Source: Candidatus Sericytochromatia bacterium
Lineage (GTDB): Bacteria > Cyanobacteriota > Sericytochromatia > S15B-MN24 > JAQBPE01
Length of the DNA: 61,320 nt
Direction of reading: 5' to 3'
NCBI GenBank assembly: GCA_040400605.1
Contig: JBBAPZ010000014.1
Span: 22,752 to 84,071 of the forward strand
Notes under the pieces: model-generated
The model's input: the letters and a program-made list of their open reading frames with translations, nothing else
What the model was told of the DNA's origin: nothing
Databases searched by the model: none
Translations under genes and position numbers: made by a program
In this document: positions 50,187 to 60,327 of the stretch, piece by piece
Numbering within the stretch: position 1 is the first letter of the stretch
Layout of the letters: every line of letters starts with the position of its first letter

Positions 50187-51812
50187 TCAAGAAGCGGGCA
50201 TGCGCGGGCCAGCGATCGCCCCATCCAAATTTTCGAGAAAACGCAAATGAGGATGACGCTCCGCCTCCCAACGCAAAGCCAAGCTGTTACGGAACAACAG
50301 CATCACGCGCCCATCGCGGTCATGCAACAACATGTTGTCACCGTAACGCTCCAGCGCCGCACCATCGATGGGTTCACCCACAACCCAGCGCCCGATGTCA
50401 AAGGGCAACTCGCTAAAACCAATCTCCACACCGTATTCGGCCTTGAGTCGATGCTGAAACACTTCGAACTGCAGTCGACCCACCGCACCCAAAATGGGCT
50501 CTTGCTCGCCAATTGACGGCCGGAAGAACATCTGGATGGCCCCTTCCTCAATGAGTTGATCCATCCCCTTGCGCAACTGCTTACGCTTGCCCGGGTCGCG
50601 CAAAACAACCGTGGCGAAATGCTCAGGCGTAAAGCGCGGAATCCCCTGAAACTGAAAATTTCCCCCCTCCGTCAAGGTGTCGCCAATACGCAAAAAGCCC
50701 GGATCAAACAGGCCAACCACATCCCCCGGCCAGGCATCCTCCACCAGCACACGATCCTGCGCCATAAACTGCAAGCTCTTGGCCAGCCGAATATCCCGCC
50801 CAAGCCGCACATGCCGCACACTCATGCCCCGAGTGAACTTGCCCGACACCACGCGCATGAACGCCACACAATCACGGTGTGCCGGATTCATGTTGGCCTG
50901 AATCTTGAAAATGAAACCACTGAAGCGCGCATCATCCGGTTGCACCAACCCGTCATCAATGGGCTTGGGGCCAGGTGTGGGCGCCATCGTGACAAACGAG
51001 TCCAAAAACGGTTCCACACCAAAATTGGTCATCGCCGAGCCAAAGTACATGGGCGTCAATTCACCTGCACGAACCCGCTCCAAATCGAAAGGATCCCCAG
51101 CGACATCCAACATCTCAATGTCTTCGAGCAACTGCGCATGCGCCTGTGCGCCGATCAACTCACGCGCCTCCGGATCGTTCACGTTGACACGACGCATACT
51201 GCCTTCCGTCGTACCGTGACGGGTGCCTTCAAACATGACAACTTCAGCCCGTGCGCGATCATAAATACCTTTAAAATCAAAACCCATGCCAATCGGCCAG
51301 TTCATCGGACAAGAACGGATGCCAAGCACCTGCTCAATCTCTTCAATCAACGCCAACGGGTCTTGCCCGTTGCGATCCAGCTTGTTAATAAACGTGAAAA
51401 TCGGAATCCCGCGCATCCGGCATACCGTAAACAGCTTCTTCGTCTGCGCCTCAACACCCTTCACACAGTCAATCAACATAACCGCCGCATCCACGGCAGC
51501 CAACGTCCGATAGGTATCTTCCGAAAAATCCTGGTGGCCCGGCGTATCAATCAAGTTCAGCTCATGCCCCTTGTAGGGAAACTGCATGACCGACGTCGTC
51601 ACCGAAATGCCGCGCTGCTTTTCCATCTCCATCCAGTCAGACGTGGCATGCCGCGCCGCCTTGCTCGCTTTGACCGAGCCCGCCGTATGGATGGCACCCC
51701 CGTAGAGCAGCAGCTTTTCAGTCAGCGTCGTCTTACCCGCGTCAGGGTGCGAGATGATGGCAAAGGTGCGCCGTTTGTCAATTTCAGTCTTGAGGATATC
51801 CAGGCTCACCAT
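50187..51812 (-). CDS. prfC: Peptide chain release factor 3
   Basis: RRTFAIISHPDAGKTTLTEK, SDWMEME, DTPGHQDFSEDTYR. Confidence 0.98.
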   Translation of the reverse strand: MVSLDILKTEIDKRRTFAIISHPDAGKTTLTEKLLLYGGAIHTAGSVKASKAARHATSDWMEMEKQRGISVTTSVMQFPYKGHELNLIDTPGHQDFSEDTYRTLAAVDAAVMLIDCVKGVEAQTKKLFTVCRMRGIPIFTFINKLDRNGQDPLALIEEIEQVLGIRSCPMNWPIGMGFDFKGIYDRARAEVVMFEGTRHGTTEGSMRRVNVNDPEARELIGAQAHAQLLEDIEMLDVAGDPFDLERVRAGELTPMYFGSAMTNFGVEPFLDSFVTMAPTPGPKPIDDGLVQPDDARFSGFIFKIQANMNPAHRDCVAFMRVVSGKFTRGMSVRHVRLGRDIRLAKSLQFMAQDRVLVEDAWPGDVVGLFDPGFLRIGDTLTEGGNFQFQGIPRFTPEHFATVVLRDPGKRKQLRKGMDQLIEEGAIQMFFRPSIGEQEPILGAVGRLQFEVFQHRLKAEYGVEIGFSELPFDIGRWVVGEPIDGAALERYGDNMLLHDRDGRVMLLFRNSLALRWEAERHPHLRFLENLDGAIAGPRMPAS

Positions 51813-51990
51813 CGGGCTCCAATCGTGCAGGGTTGAAAGTAAATCATTATTGTATCATCAACGATTGCGGGTGCTCAACATTGTGGATACCGTGGAAACG
51901 ATCGGTTGCTGGCTCAGGTTCACCTGCTTTGGCAAACCAGCAAGCCTGATGCGACCAAACCGTGACGCATCGGTTGATTTTCAGGACCAA

Positions 51991-52098
51991 ACATCGACGC
52001 ATGGGTTTTTGTTCAAGACATCGGCCACTGACCCGCTGTTAGTAAACAACAATCGACACGTGGTCACCAATCAGCGCGTTTCGGTATCGTGCAATGAC
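51991..52098. repeat. Dispersed intergenic repeat family A, copy 3
   Basis: GACGCATGGGTTTTTGTTCAA...TGGTCACCAATCAGCGCGTTTC...CAATGAC. Confidence 0.6.
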
Positions 52099-52139
52099 TA
52101 CAAAACATCAGGAAAGTGCCGGAACTGTCGAACGCCAGT

Positions 52140-52745
52140 TTAAGCATCCCCGCTCGTTGCCAAGGTGTCGGGAGCGCTTCCCATCGCTGCGTCCAAGACT
52201 TGTGCAGCCAGACTTTTGGCATCGGCCAAAACGCCTGCGAGCAGGTGCGCAACAGTGATCGTGTCAGCGCCCTCAGCCACTGCCGTCTTTTGTGCCAGTT
52301 GCAGTACGTGTTTGAGCCGCGGTCCGAAGCTGATTGACTCAACGAGTCCATGAGCTTCACGCGGCTCAGGCAGGGTCAATTTCGCAAGTACGACTTCTGT
52401 ATCGATGCCAAGTGACTCAGCCACCCAGTCACGCAAGGTCTCATCGGTCAAAATGGCGGCGAGCAGCATCTCAGGCGTCATCACCGACTGATGCGCATCA
52501 TGGGCCCGTTCGGCGGCTGAATCGAGCACCTGCAAGGCCTCATCGCCAAGTCGGGAGAACATGTTCAAGGGCCCTTCCGTCTCTTCGGTCGCTTGAGAAC
52601 CGTTACCTTCATTCGCACGGGATGAACGCTCAGGCTGGATCCGCTGCGCGCACCAAGGACAGATTCGGGCGTGGGCTGCTTCGCGTTTGCGGGAATGCGT
52701 GGCGTTTACGGTTGCTTGTCGCACCCGACAGATTTCGCAAATCAT
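52140..52745 (-). CDS. Zn-ribbon (CxxC...CxxC) plus Clp N-terminal repeat protein with no AAA+ domain
   Basis: MICEICRVRQAT...ICPWCA; AAERA...TPEMLLAAIL; ITVAHLLAGVL. Confidence 0.75.
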   Translation of the reverse strand: MICEICRVRQATVNATHSRKREAAHARICPWCAQRIQPERSSRANEGNGSQATEETEGPLNMFSRLGDEALQVLDSAAERAHDAHQSVMTPEMLLAAILTDETLRDWVAESLGIDTEVVLAKLTLPEPREAHGLVESISFGPRLKHVLQLAQKTAVAEGADTITVAHLLAGVLADAKSLAAQVLDAAMGSAPDTLATSGDA

Positions 52746-52951
52746 CCGCGATCCCCCGTTGGCGCCCATCCCCATCACAGGTGCGATGTTACGCAAAGGG
52801 CGGTGCTCAGGTAAAGCCTCGCTCGTGACAAAGAGAAGTGTTGCAAGTGACATGAATTGGCGTGGAGCGGTCTGCACTGGTCGATCGCAACGGGTGCAGA
52901 ATCAGGTGATCGCTCCTTTTGGCAGCACCTTGCAGTGGCGGATGCGGAATA

Positions 52952-55900
52952 TCACGCCTGGGTGCGATCGCCCCTCGCAACCGGCCAGGTGAGCGTCACA
53001 TGAGTGCCGCAGACAGGCCCGGGAGCGATCGCCACACTACCACCGTGAAGTTCCATCAGGCGCTTGACCCGCCACAAGCCGAGGCCGCTGCTGCCGCCCG
53101 GCCTCTCTGGCACGGCCACACTCGTTCCCAAACGCTCAAACGGGTCTTTCAGACGCTCGACACCCAAACCAGGACCTTCATCCATAATCGTCAGACCCAC
53201 GGTCGAATCAGTGTGCACGGCATTCAGGGTGATGCTTCCGCTCATGCTGTATTTAATGGCGTTGTCGACCACATTTTGAATCACTTGCACCATACGCCGC
53301 TCGTCCCCCCACACAGCAGGCAGTGCCTCAAATGCGGCCCGATGCCAGCACAACCGAAGGTGTTTCGCTGCCGCCAAGCCCGCCAACAGCTGCTGAACCT
53401 GCTCAACGACCGTCAGCAGCGCGGTTGGTGCGCAGTGCAGGATCAAACGTCCGCCATCCAGACATGCCGTATCGAGCATCGTGTCGACGACGAGCAAAGC
53501 CTGCTTCGTTCCCAGAGCCATTCCCGCCACCACATCGGTCAACTCCTCGCTCAATGGGCCGTACAGGTTCGCTTGCAACGCCTGCGCGCTCAGATGAATC
53601 GCGCCAAGCGGCGCGCGCAGATCATGGCCATCCGCAATGAGGCCAGCCACCCGACGCGACTCAAGGTCGAGTTGACGGGCCAAGACATGTTGTACCTCCT
53701 CAAGACGTCGCGCCTGGCTTTGATTATGTGTCGAAAGTTTCTGTGTCAACGCCTGCTGATGCAAATGGTCAAGGCAAGCAGACGCCAATGCTGCGATGAG
53801 TGGAAGCGCTGTTCGTTTGAGACGCCGCTTGCCGGTTGAAGGCACCAACAAGGCCACGAAGCCATGTAAACATTCACGACCCGTCAGGGGCACGAGGATG
53901 GTGTTCGGACAATCATCGGTCGGTATGAAGCCGTCCGCCGAGGCGTCATCAACCAGACGCGCCATCGCGGCACGACAGTGGCGCGCCAGATCACCCTGCC
54001 AAGGAGTCACCGTATCCTTGACAGATTGCACCACGCGCCATTCACCCTGTTGATTCACACTTAGCCAAGCCCCCTCAGCGGCACCGGTTTCGTCAAGCAT
54101 CCAGCGGCAGGTCACATCGGCCAACGTGTCGCTGGTTCGGGCCTCTCGCAGGCGCTGCGCGAATGAAGCAGTCACTGACGGGCTGGTGTGTCTTTGTTTG
54201 CGGCCTGATGTTTTTTTTGTTGAACCATCATCACTTAAGAGCAACTGACGACAGGGATGACGCATCAAGCGTGTGCCCATTCGGGCATTGATCCAGTTGG
54301 CTCGAAGGGTCTGACAGGCGGCGGTTTTGGCGTCGGCAAGGGTGTGTTGTCCCGTGGCGCGGAGGTGCCGAATCAACATGGCCTGCGTGCCGAGTTGCCA
54401 TTCGGGTTCGTCTTGGATGGTCGGATTGGCCAGCATGCGGATTGGATCCGCCTCAGAGGGGGTTGCAGTGGAGGCGATCGCGATGATCAACGCGACCATT
54501 TGCCCTCCGAACACCTCGTGACGTGCCTGTCGCGTGACATTCAACGCGTTGGTCCAATGTCCGATGGTTTTTTCGGGCGCGCCGTTCAAGCGGTGATACC
54601 AACCCGTCAAACGCTCCAGATGAAAGCGTGGAATCCAGGCCCCCGCCACCCGAACGCCGCGACGCAAACGCTTGAGTGCCTGAAACGCGTCAACAAAACG
54701 ACCTGAAAAAATCGCAGATTCCGCAAGCAAACACAAAATCGTCAGCCGATGCTCAGACCCTCCCAAATGGTCACCCAACACATCCGCCTCAACCGCCGCT
54801 TGCCAGGCAGCCTCAAAATCAGCGTGGTGCAAAGCAATCTGAGCCTTTGCAAGCGCGGCGACCAACCGTACCTCCGGATGCAACGCCGTCTGATCGTTGA
54901 GATGGTTTGACCGCACGGGCCGCGTTTTTTTCGGACGCTCCCCGATTTTAAGTTGGCACGCCTGCATCAATGGTGCAACGAGTTCCAGTACAAAGCGATC
55001 GCCAAGCCCTTGTGCCAGACGTCGCGCATCGCCCAACGCCGTCAACGCGGCACGCCATTGCGCGAGCGCCATCTCACAAATGCCCAGATTCAGGTACGCG
55101 AACGCTTGCTCCTGAAGCGCCTGAACTTGAACCGCATGCTGCAAGTTAACCCTGAAATGCGCCCGCGCCGCATCATAGACGCCCAAAGCGAGATAGGCGT
55201 TGCCCGTCATCATATGCACATCGTTAAGACCGAGCGCATCCCCAAGACGGGTACGCAAAAACAGCGCCTCCTGCAAAAGCGGCAAGCCATCCCGGCCCCG
55301 TTGGGCTGCGCGCAAACCGGCGTATGCAAGCGCCTCCGCCAGTGCCGCCTGCGCACCAACTTCTCTCGCCAACCCTTCCACTTCGCGGTACAGCCGTGCC
55401 GCATCGCGGTGGGCGCCGCGGTGCAATTCAAGCCGCGCCAGCGCGGACAACGCACGCAGACGGGTTTGCGACGAGACTGAATCGTGAGTCTGTGTACACG
55501 CCTCCCGCAGCAAGGCGCGGGCCTTATCGGGTCGATTGCGCATTTGATGACACTTGGCCATCGACACTTGAATACCAAGCCGCGCATCCGGGTCGGTCAT
55601 TTGAGCCAGAACCTCGGCATAATCACCGAGAGCCTGTTCCCAATCTCCGGTCAGGCGACGCGCATCTGAAGCAACGACGCGCAACGCGTGCATCAACGGC
55701 GCGTGCTCGGTCCCAGGCGTTGGGCGCTGCAAAGCCAGGGTGCAGTGTGTGATGGCAGTCAAATTGGCGCCTTGCGTCTGACACAAACGTGCCGCGCGCA
55801 GTGCCCATTCAAGGGCTTGTTGATTATCATCGCCAAGTGCAAACAAACGCGCGACGCGGTGTGCCAGTCCCAGTTCGGTCGTCGTGTCGCGATGTCTGGC

Positions 55901-57748
55901 CAACTGCCGAGCAAGGTCGGTGGCCAGACAAGCCCTGTGCTTGCCGGTCAGGCGATCGAGCACCCACGCTTGCCAGTGCGAACTGATCGACTGCCACCCC
56001 GCAGGTGTCTGGTCAACGAGCCCGTGATGCTTAAGCGTTTCAAGCGCGGCACGGCTATTCCGGCCAAGATTCGGTTCACTGTTCAAAAGGCGCAAATCGG
56101 TCACGGGCCGATCCCAAAGGGCCAATTTGGCAGCCACATCCTGTTCAAAATCGTCCAGTGCCTGCCATGCCGCCTCTTGCCAAGCACCAGCGGCACCGGT
56201 ATCCAAGTGCCGCAAGGCATCCAGCACCCGACCAGGGTGTCCCCCGCCAAGATGCTTCAAGCGCATCACGTCGCGTGGTGTCAGATAACGGATGCTGGCG
56301 GTTCGCACCACCCGCTCAACAGCGCCTGCTTGAAGCGGCGCGATGCGATGCGACCAACCCATATCCGACGTAACACGCGCGGTGAGCAACCAATGATGGC
56401 CATCAAAACCTTGTTGAAAGCCCATCGCCAGGATGCTGCGACTCTCTGCATCAGCCAAATCCCAGTCATCGATCAACACCATGCGTGGCAAGGTGTCCGC
56501 ATCTTGCTTCAAAACCAGTAAAAATCCCTTCAAAAAGGCCTGCTCAAATGACCAAGGCACCTCATCCTGTGAGGATTCAGGCGCCTTTACCCAGGGCCAA
56601 ACAGCCGCAATGGCGCGCCTTCCGCCATCAGGCAGGTGCAGCCAAACTCCCGGATCATCCACCACGCAATGCCGCCACAACCGTTCCAATAACGCATAGG
56701 GTTCATCACCGACCAGTGCGTGCACGAAGGTAACCCGGTAGCCCTGCATCCGCGCGATACGCGCGGCCTCTTGCAGCAAACGGGTTTTACCCGAGCCTGA
56801 GGCACCCCAGACCTGGTGAATTCCCGCCTGCTTCAGGCGCGATCGCCACGCATCAAACGCTTCCGGTGGCTGGTAATCACTGACCAGTTGGGTCGTCATT
56901 CTGGTTTGGCGGTCATCGAGACATCCCGCTAAAGCCGCATAGGCCGCTTGTGTGTTTTCAAATCGCTCGCGCCGATCCGAAGCCAGCAAACGCCACAAAA
57001 CCGCCCCGAAACGCCGAGGCATCTCCTGTGCGCAGACCACCTGCCAATCAACAGCCGCTGCTGGCAAACGCCCACGCCACATCGCATAGAGCATGACACC
57101 CAAGCAATAAAGATTCGACAATCCATCCAACGCATCAGCATCCACCAACGCTACATCCCGAAATGGCGGATTCAACAAAAAACCTGGCTCAGATGCCAAG
57201 CCCACCCAGCCCACACTCGCCAAGCAGGGTGCCCCACGCTCAGTCAACATCACGTTCACTGGGTCCAGCCGCCGATGCACATAACCTAGCCGGTGCAGAT
57301 TCCAAAGCATCTCCATCCAGCCAAGTGCCCATCCAACCAATGTTGACAGGGTCCTTCCCCCAGCATGCCCCAGCGCTTGATGCCTACCTTGGTTGGCATA
57401 CACGAGAAACGAACGGCCATCGTGCGTCTCCCCCCAGTCCAACACCCGTTCCAGCCCCGGATGACTCAGTTGACTACCGCGCACCGCAGCCGTCTCAAAT
57501 GTCGCCCGCGCGTGCGCGCCAGCATCGTGCGAAACTTCTAGTATCAGCGTCTGATCAACATCCGGTGTCACAATCCGAAAGCGATCGCCAAGCACACCCG
57601 CACCCACGGCTTCGCTCAACCGATAACACCCGACCCGCTCACCAACTTGCAATGCTTTTTTGATTTCTGACACAGACACCACTTCAAACCCAAGTGAGAC
57701 ACTGGCGCTCGTGCTATACCCCGTTTTGCAATTTTTTGTTCGCAACAT
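52952..57748 (-). CDS. Degenerate Ser/Thr kinase-AAA-TPR-GAF-histidine kinase; start uncertain
   Basis: VHRRLDPVNV; GASGSGKT; TPR helices; GHDLRAPL, NVVDNAIKY, DEGPG, GLGL. Confidence 0.85.
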   Translation of the reverse strand: MLRTKNCKTGYSTSASVSLGFEVVSVSEIKKALQVGERVGCYRLSEAVGAGVLGDRFRIVTPDVDQTLILEVSHDAGAHARATFETAAVRGSQLSHPGLERVLDWGETHDGRSFLVYANQGRHQALGHAGGRTLSTLVGWALGWMEMLWNLHRLGYVHRRLDPVNVMLTERGAPCLASVGWVGLASEPGFLLNPPFRDVALVDADALDGLSNLYCLGVMLYAMWRGRLPAAAVDWQVVCAQEMPRRFGAVLWRLLASDRRERFENTQAAYAALAGCLDDRQTRMTTQLVSDYQPPEAFDAWRSRLKQAGIHQVWGASGSGKTRLLQEAARIARMQGYRVTFVHALVGDEPYALLERLWRHCVVDDPGVWLHLPDGGRRAIAAVWPWVKAPESSQDEVPWSFEQAFLKGFLLVLKQDADTLPRMVLIDDWDLADAESRSILAMGFQQGFDGHHWLLTARVTSDMGWSHRIAPLQAGAVERVVRTASIRYLTPRDVMRLKHLGGGHPGRVLDALRHLDTGAAGAWQEAAWQALDDFEQDVAAKLALWDRPVTDLRLLNSEPNLGRNSRAALETLKHHGLVDQTPAGWQSISSHWQAWVLDRLTGKHRACLATDLARQLARHRDTTTELGLAHRVARLFALGDDNQQALEWALRAARLCQTQGANLTAITHCTLALQRPTPGTEHAPLMHALRVVASDARRLTGDWEQALGDYAEVLAQMTDPDARLGIQVSMAKCHQMRNRPDKARALLREACTQTHDSVSSQTRLRALSALARLELHRGAHRDAARLYREVEGLAREVGAQAALAEALAYAGLRAAQRGRDGLPLLQEALFLRTRLGDALGLNDVHMMTGNAYLALGVYDAARAHFRVNLQHAVQVQALQEQAFAYLNLGICEMALAQWRAALTALGDARRLAQGLGDRFVLELVAPLMQACQLKIGERPKKTRPVRSNHLNDQTALHPEVRLVAALAKAQIALHHADFEAAWQAAVEADVLGDHLGGSEHRLTILCLLAESAIFSGRFVDAFQALKRLRRGVRVAGAWIPRFHLERLTGWYHRLNGAPEKTIGHWTNALNVTRQARHEVFGGQMVALIIAIASTATPSEADPIRMLANPTIQDEPEWQLGTQAMLIRHLRATGQHTLADAKTAACQTLRANWINARMGTRLMRHPCRQLLLSDDGSTKKTSGRKQRHTSPSVTASFAQRLREARTSDTLADVTCRWMLDETGAAEGAWLSVNQQGEWRVVQSVKDTVTPWQGDLARHCRAAMARLVDDASADGFIPTDDCPNTILVPLTGRECLHGFVALLVPSTGKRRLKRTALPLIAALASACLDHLHQQALTQKLSTHNQSQARRLEEVQHVLARQLDLESRRVAGLIADGHDLRAPLGAIHLSAQALQANLYGPLSEELTDVVAGMALGTKQALLVVDTMLDTACLDGGRLILHCAPTALLTVVEQVQQLLAGLAAAKHLRLCWHRAAFEALPAVWGDERRMVQVIQNVVDNAIKYSMSGSITLNAVHTDSTVGLTIMDEGPGLGVERLKDPFERLGTSVAVPERPGGSSGLGLWRVKRLMELHGGSVAIAPGPVCGTHVTLTWPVARGDRTQA

Positions 57749-57983
57749 GAGGTGACGCGTCGGTTTCTGTTTAAAATATGTGTAACAAGCTCAAACACAT
57801 CAGGCACTCAGGCGTTGTGGGTAAACAACAGCCAAAACGTGATCGCCCATCAACAGTTTCTTGACAACCCGTAAGACTTCACCTCGGGCATCCGTGCAAC
57901 TCCTTATCCCCTCTTGGTGACCGACAAACCTGCCTTTTCTCCATGATGGACAACCTTGGGGTGCATTCACATCAGGCGATCGC

Positions 57984-58646
57984 TCAACGCTTGCGCGCCA
58001 AGGCCAAGCCATCTCCGATAGGAACCAAGCTGAAATCCACCCGGTCATCCCCACACATCTTGGCATTGAGTGCCCGTAAAGCAACTGTATCCGCATCCGT
58101 TGCGCGCTCATCAGCAACCAGACCGGACCATAGCGCATTGTCCACCGCGATCAAACCGCCTGGCCGGAGCAACTTGAGTGCACGCTCGTAATAATCGTCG
58201 TAGGCGGCTTTGTCCGCATCAATGAAAGCAAAGTCGAAAGTTCCCGCTTCACCTTGAGCCAATAAATCATCCAAAGTTTGGACAGCCGGCCCGAGGCGCA
58301 GGTCAATCTTGCCAGCCACCCCTGCCTTCTCCCAGTAATGTCGGGCTATGCGGGTCCAGGTATCACTGACATCACACGCCACAATCTTGCCTTCCGGCGG
58401 AAGGGCCAGTGCGACAGCGAGGGCGCTGTAGCCCGTGAAGACGCCAATCTCCAACGTGCGTCGGGCTTGAATCAGTGAAACAAGCAACTGCATGAACTGA
58501 CCCTGTTCGGGGCTAATCTGCATTCTCGCTTCAGGCAACGCAGCCGTCTGCGCCCGCAACTCCCGCAACAAGCTCCCCTCACGCGACACAACGTCGGTCA
58601 GGTACGCAAACACAGCATCCGTCATGGTTAAAGTTTTGACTGACAT
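57984..58646 (-). CDS. Class I cation-dependent O-methyltransferase (CCoAOMT/COMT-like)
   Basis: MQISPEQGQ, LEIGVFTGYS, FIDADK, VDNALW. Confidence 0.95.
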   Translation of the reverse strand: MSVKTLTMTDAVFAYLTDVVSREGSLLRELRAQTAALPEARMQISPEQGQFMQLLVSLIQARRTLEIGVFTGYSALAVALALPPEGKIVACDVSDTWTRIARHYWEKAGVAGKIDLRLGPAVQTLDDLLAQGEAGTFDFAFIDADKAAYDDYYERALKLLRPGGLIAVDNALWSGLVADERATDADTVALRALNAKMCGDDRVDFSLVPIGDGLALARKR

Positions 58647-58930
58647 AACACCCCTCCATTTTTCGATTCGTGTCGCCTGCCAAGCCCGGCTTGCAGAGGA
58701 GTCCTGAAAACTTGTACCGCATGCAGGGCGATCGCATCCACAAACACCGCCTTGGCCGAAGCACTGGACTAACTCCCCGGACTTACCCATCAGCTAAAAA
58801 CATCCACGCCAGGCCGATGTCCCAGAGACTGGCCAAACAACAGTTTTACTTAAACAAAAACTTAGCAAGTATTTACCAAAAGATAATGATAATCCAACAA
58901 AGTTGTCGGTCGTTAACCAGGAGAGAAACG

Positions 58931-60217
58931 ATGAAATCGTATCAGGCATTGGGGGTATTGCTGGCTGCGCTGGGCTTGATTGGCTGCGGTCTGGGACAGT
59001 CGGGGGCAAAGCTGGTGGCCGGGGGTTATCAGGCGGCGCTTGGCAGTGGCTTGCGTGCGATTGCGCCTGACTTGCCCGAGGCGGAGGGTGAGCGTGCCGC
59101 GGTGTTGTTGTCGTACTTGCCGATTGATGATCGGCTGGAGGGGCATATACCTTTTTACCTGAATGCGTTGGAGCGGACGACTTCCGAGCGGATTTACAAT
59201 TTGGCGCTGACGGATGGTTATCAGGTGGGTGATACGTGGGCGCTGCGTGTGAGCAAGGATGCGTCTGAGCGGGTGGTGTCGCCGCGTGCACGGGTGCGGC
59301 CGGGTGTGGAGGAGTTGACCACCAACAAGGCCGAGACGTTGGCTGAGACCTTGGCGTGGGCGTATACTCGTTACCCCGGGCGCTTTAAGGCGTTCAGTTA
59401 TCTGGGTCATGGTGGGGGTTACATGGGGATTGCGACTGATGCACACCCGACCAAGGGTGAAGTGGCGCCTCAGATGATGGGTTTGTCGGATTTTGGGCGT
59501 GGCATGCGTGCAGGATTGAAGGGGCGCAAGCTTGATTGGGTGCATTTGCATGCGTGTTTGATGGCAAATGTCGAGGCAGCGGTTGAGCTTGAAGGGGTTG
59601 CGGAGGTGTTGACGGCGTCTGAGGATGTGGTGGGCGCGCACCAGGCGGGTACGGAGAAACCGACGGAGATTTTGAATACGATCTTGCAGGGTGAGCGGCT
59701 TGATGCGCGATCGATGGGGCGGGAGATGGTGATTCAGTTGAATCCGAAGGCTGATCCGTATGGTTATGCCACGGCGGTGGCGGTGGATTTGAGTCAGATG
59801 AACCGACTCAAGAGCACGATCAACCAGTTGGCGCAGCGTGTGATCGAGGCTTTGCCTGAGCGATCGCCTGCGATTGTGAGGGCGTTTGCGACCGTACCGG
59901 AGTTCAAGCATGCTGAAGGTACCGGGCAACGCGATCTCTGGACGCCTTGTAAAAACCTGATGCAAGTGGGTGATCCGGCGGTGACAAAAGCGGCCGAAGC
60001 TGTCATTCAGGCTCAGAAAGCAGTGATGTTGCACAGTCGCGACGGTGAAGGCCGCAGTGCCAATGGTTTGTCCATCCTGATGCAGCCTTCGCTCGCTTAT
60101 GCGCCCACGTACAAGCAATGTCGGTTTGCCCGTGAAACGGTGTGGTTAAAAATGTTGCAGGCGATCAGCGCTGCCAGACCGACCGAGCCGGGTGGCAGGC
60201 CTGGCAGCGCCCTGTAG
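58931..60217 (+). CDS. Clostripain-family (C11) cysteine peptidase lipoprotein
   Basis: Lipobox LIGC; catalytic GHGGG and HACLMA motifs; ASED. Confidence 0.85.
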   Translation: MKSYQALGVLLAALGLIGCGLGQSGAKLVAGGYQAALGSGLRAIAPDLPEAEGERAAVLLSYLPIDDRLEGHIPFYLNALERTTSERIYNLALTDGYQVGDTWALRVSKDASERVVSPRARVRPGVEELTTNKAETLAETLAWAYTRYPGRFKAFSYLGHGGGYMGIATDAHPTKGEVAPQMMGLSDFGRGMRAGLKGRKLDWVHLHACLMANVEAAVELEGVAEVLTASEDVVGAHQAGTEKPTEILNTILQGERLDARSMGREMVIQLNPKADPYGYATAVAVDLSQMNRLKSTINQLAQRVIEALPERSPAIVRAFATVPEFKHAEGTGQRDLWTPCKNLMQVGDPAVTKAAEAVIQAQKAVMLHSRDGEGRSANGLSILMQPSLAYAPTYKQCRFARETVWLKMLQAISAARPTEPGGRPGSAL

Positions 60218-60327
60218 ATCCAAGAAAAATTGGCAAACAGCGCTAGATGCCAATATTGTAGTGCCTCAATCCTGAGGCACTTTGGCTTGTTTACTGACGT
60301 TCAGCGATTACTGCGCGGAAGTCGGGA

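Noticed and set aside
50556..51836. Long antisense ORFs (426 aa here; also 58913-60118, 33437-34387, 52919-53839, 17280-17960)
   Set aside because: Shadows of well-supported genes on the opposite strand, with no family motifs
57984..58646. O-methyltransferase as part of the biosynthetic cluster
   Set aside because: More than 20 kb away and from a common stand-alone family
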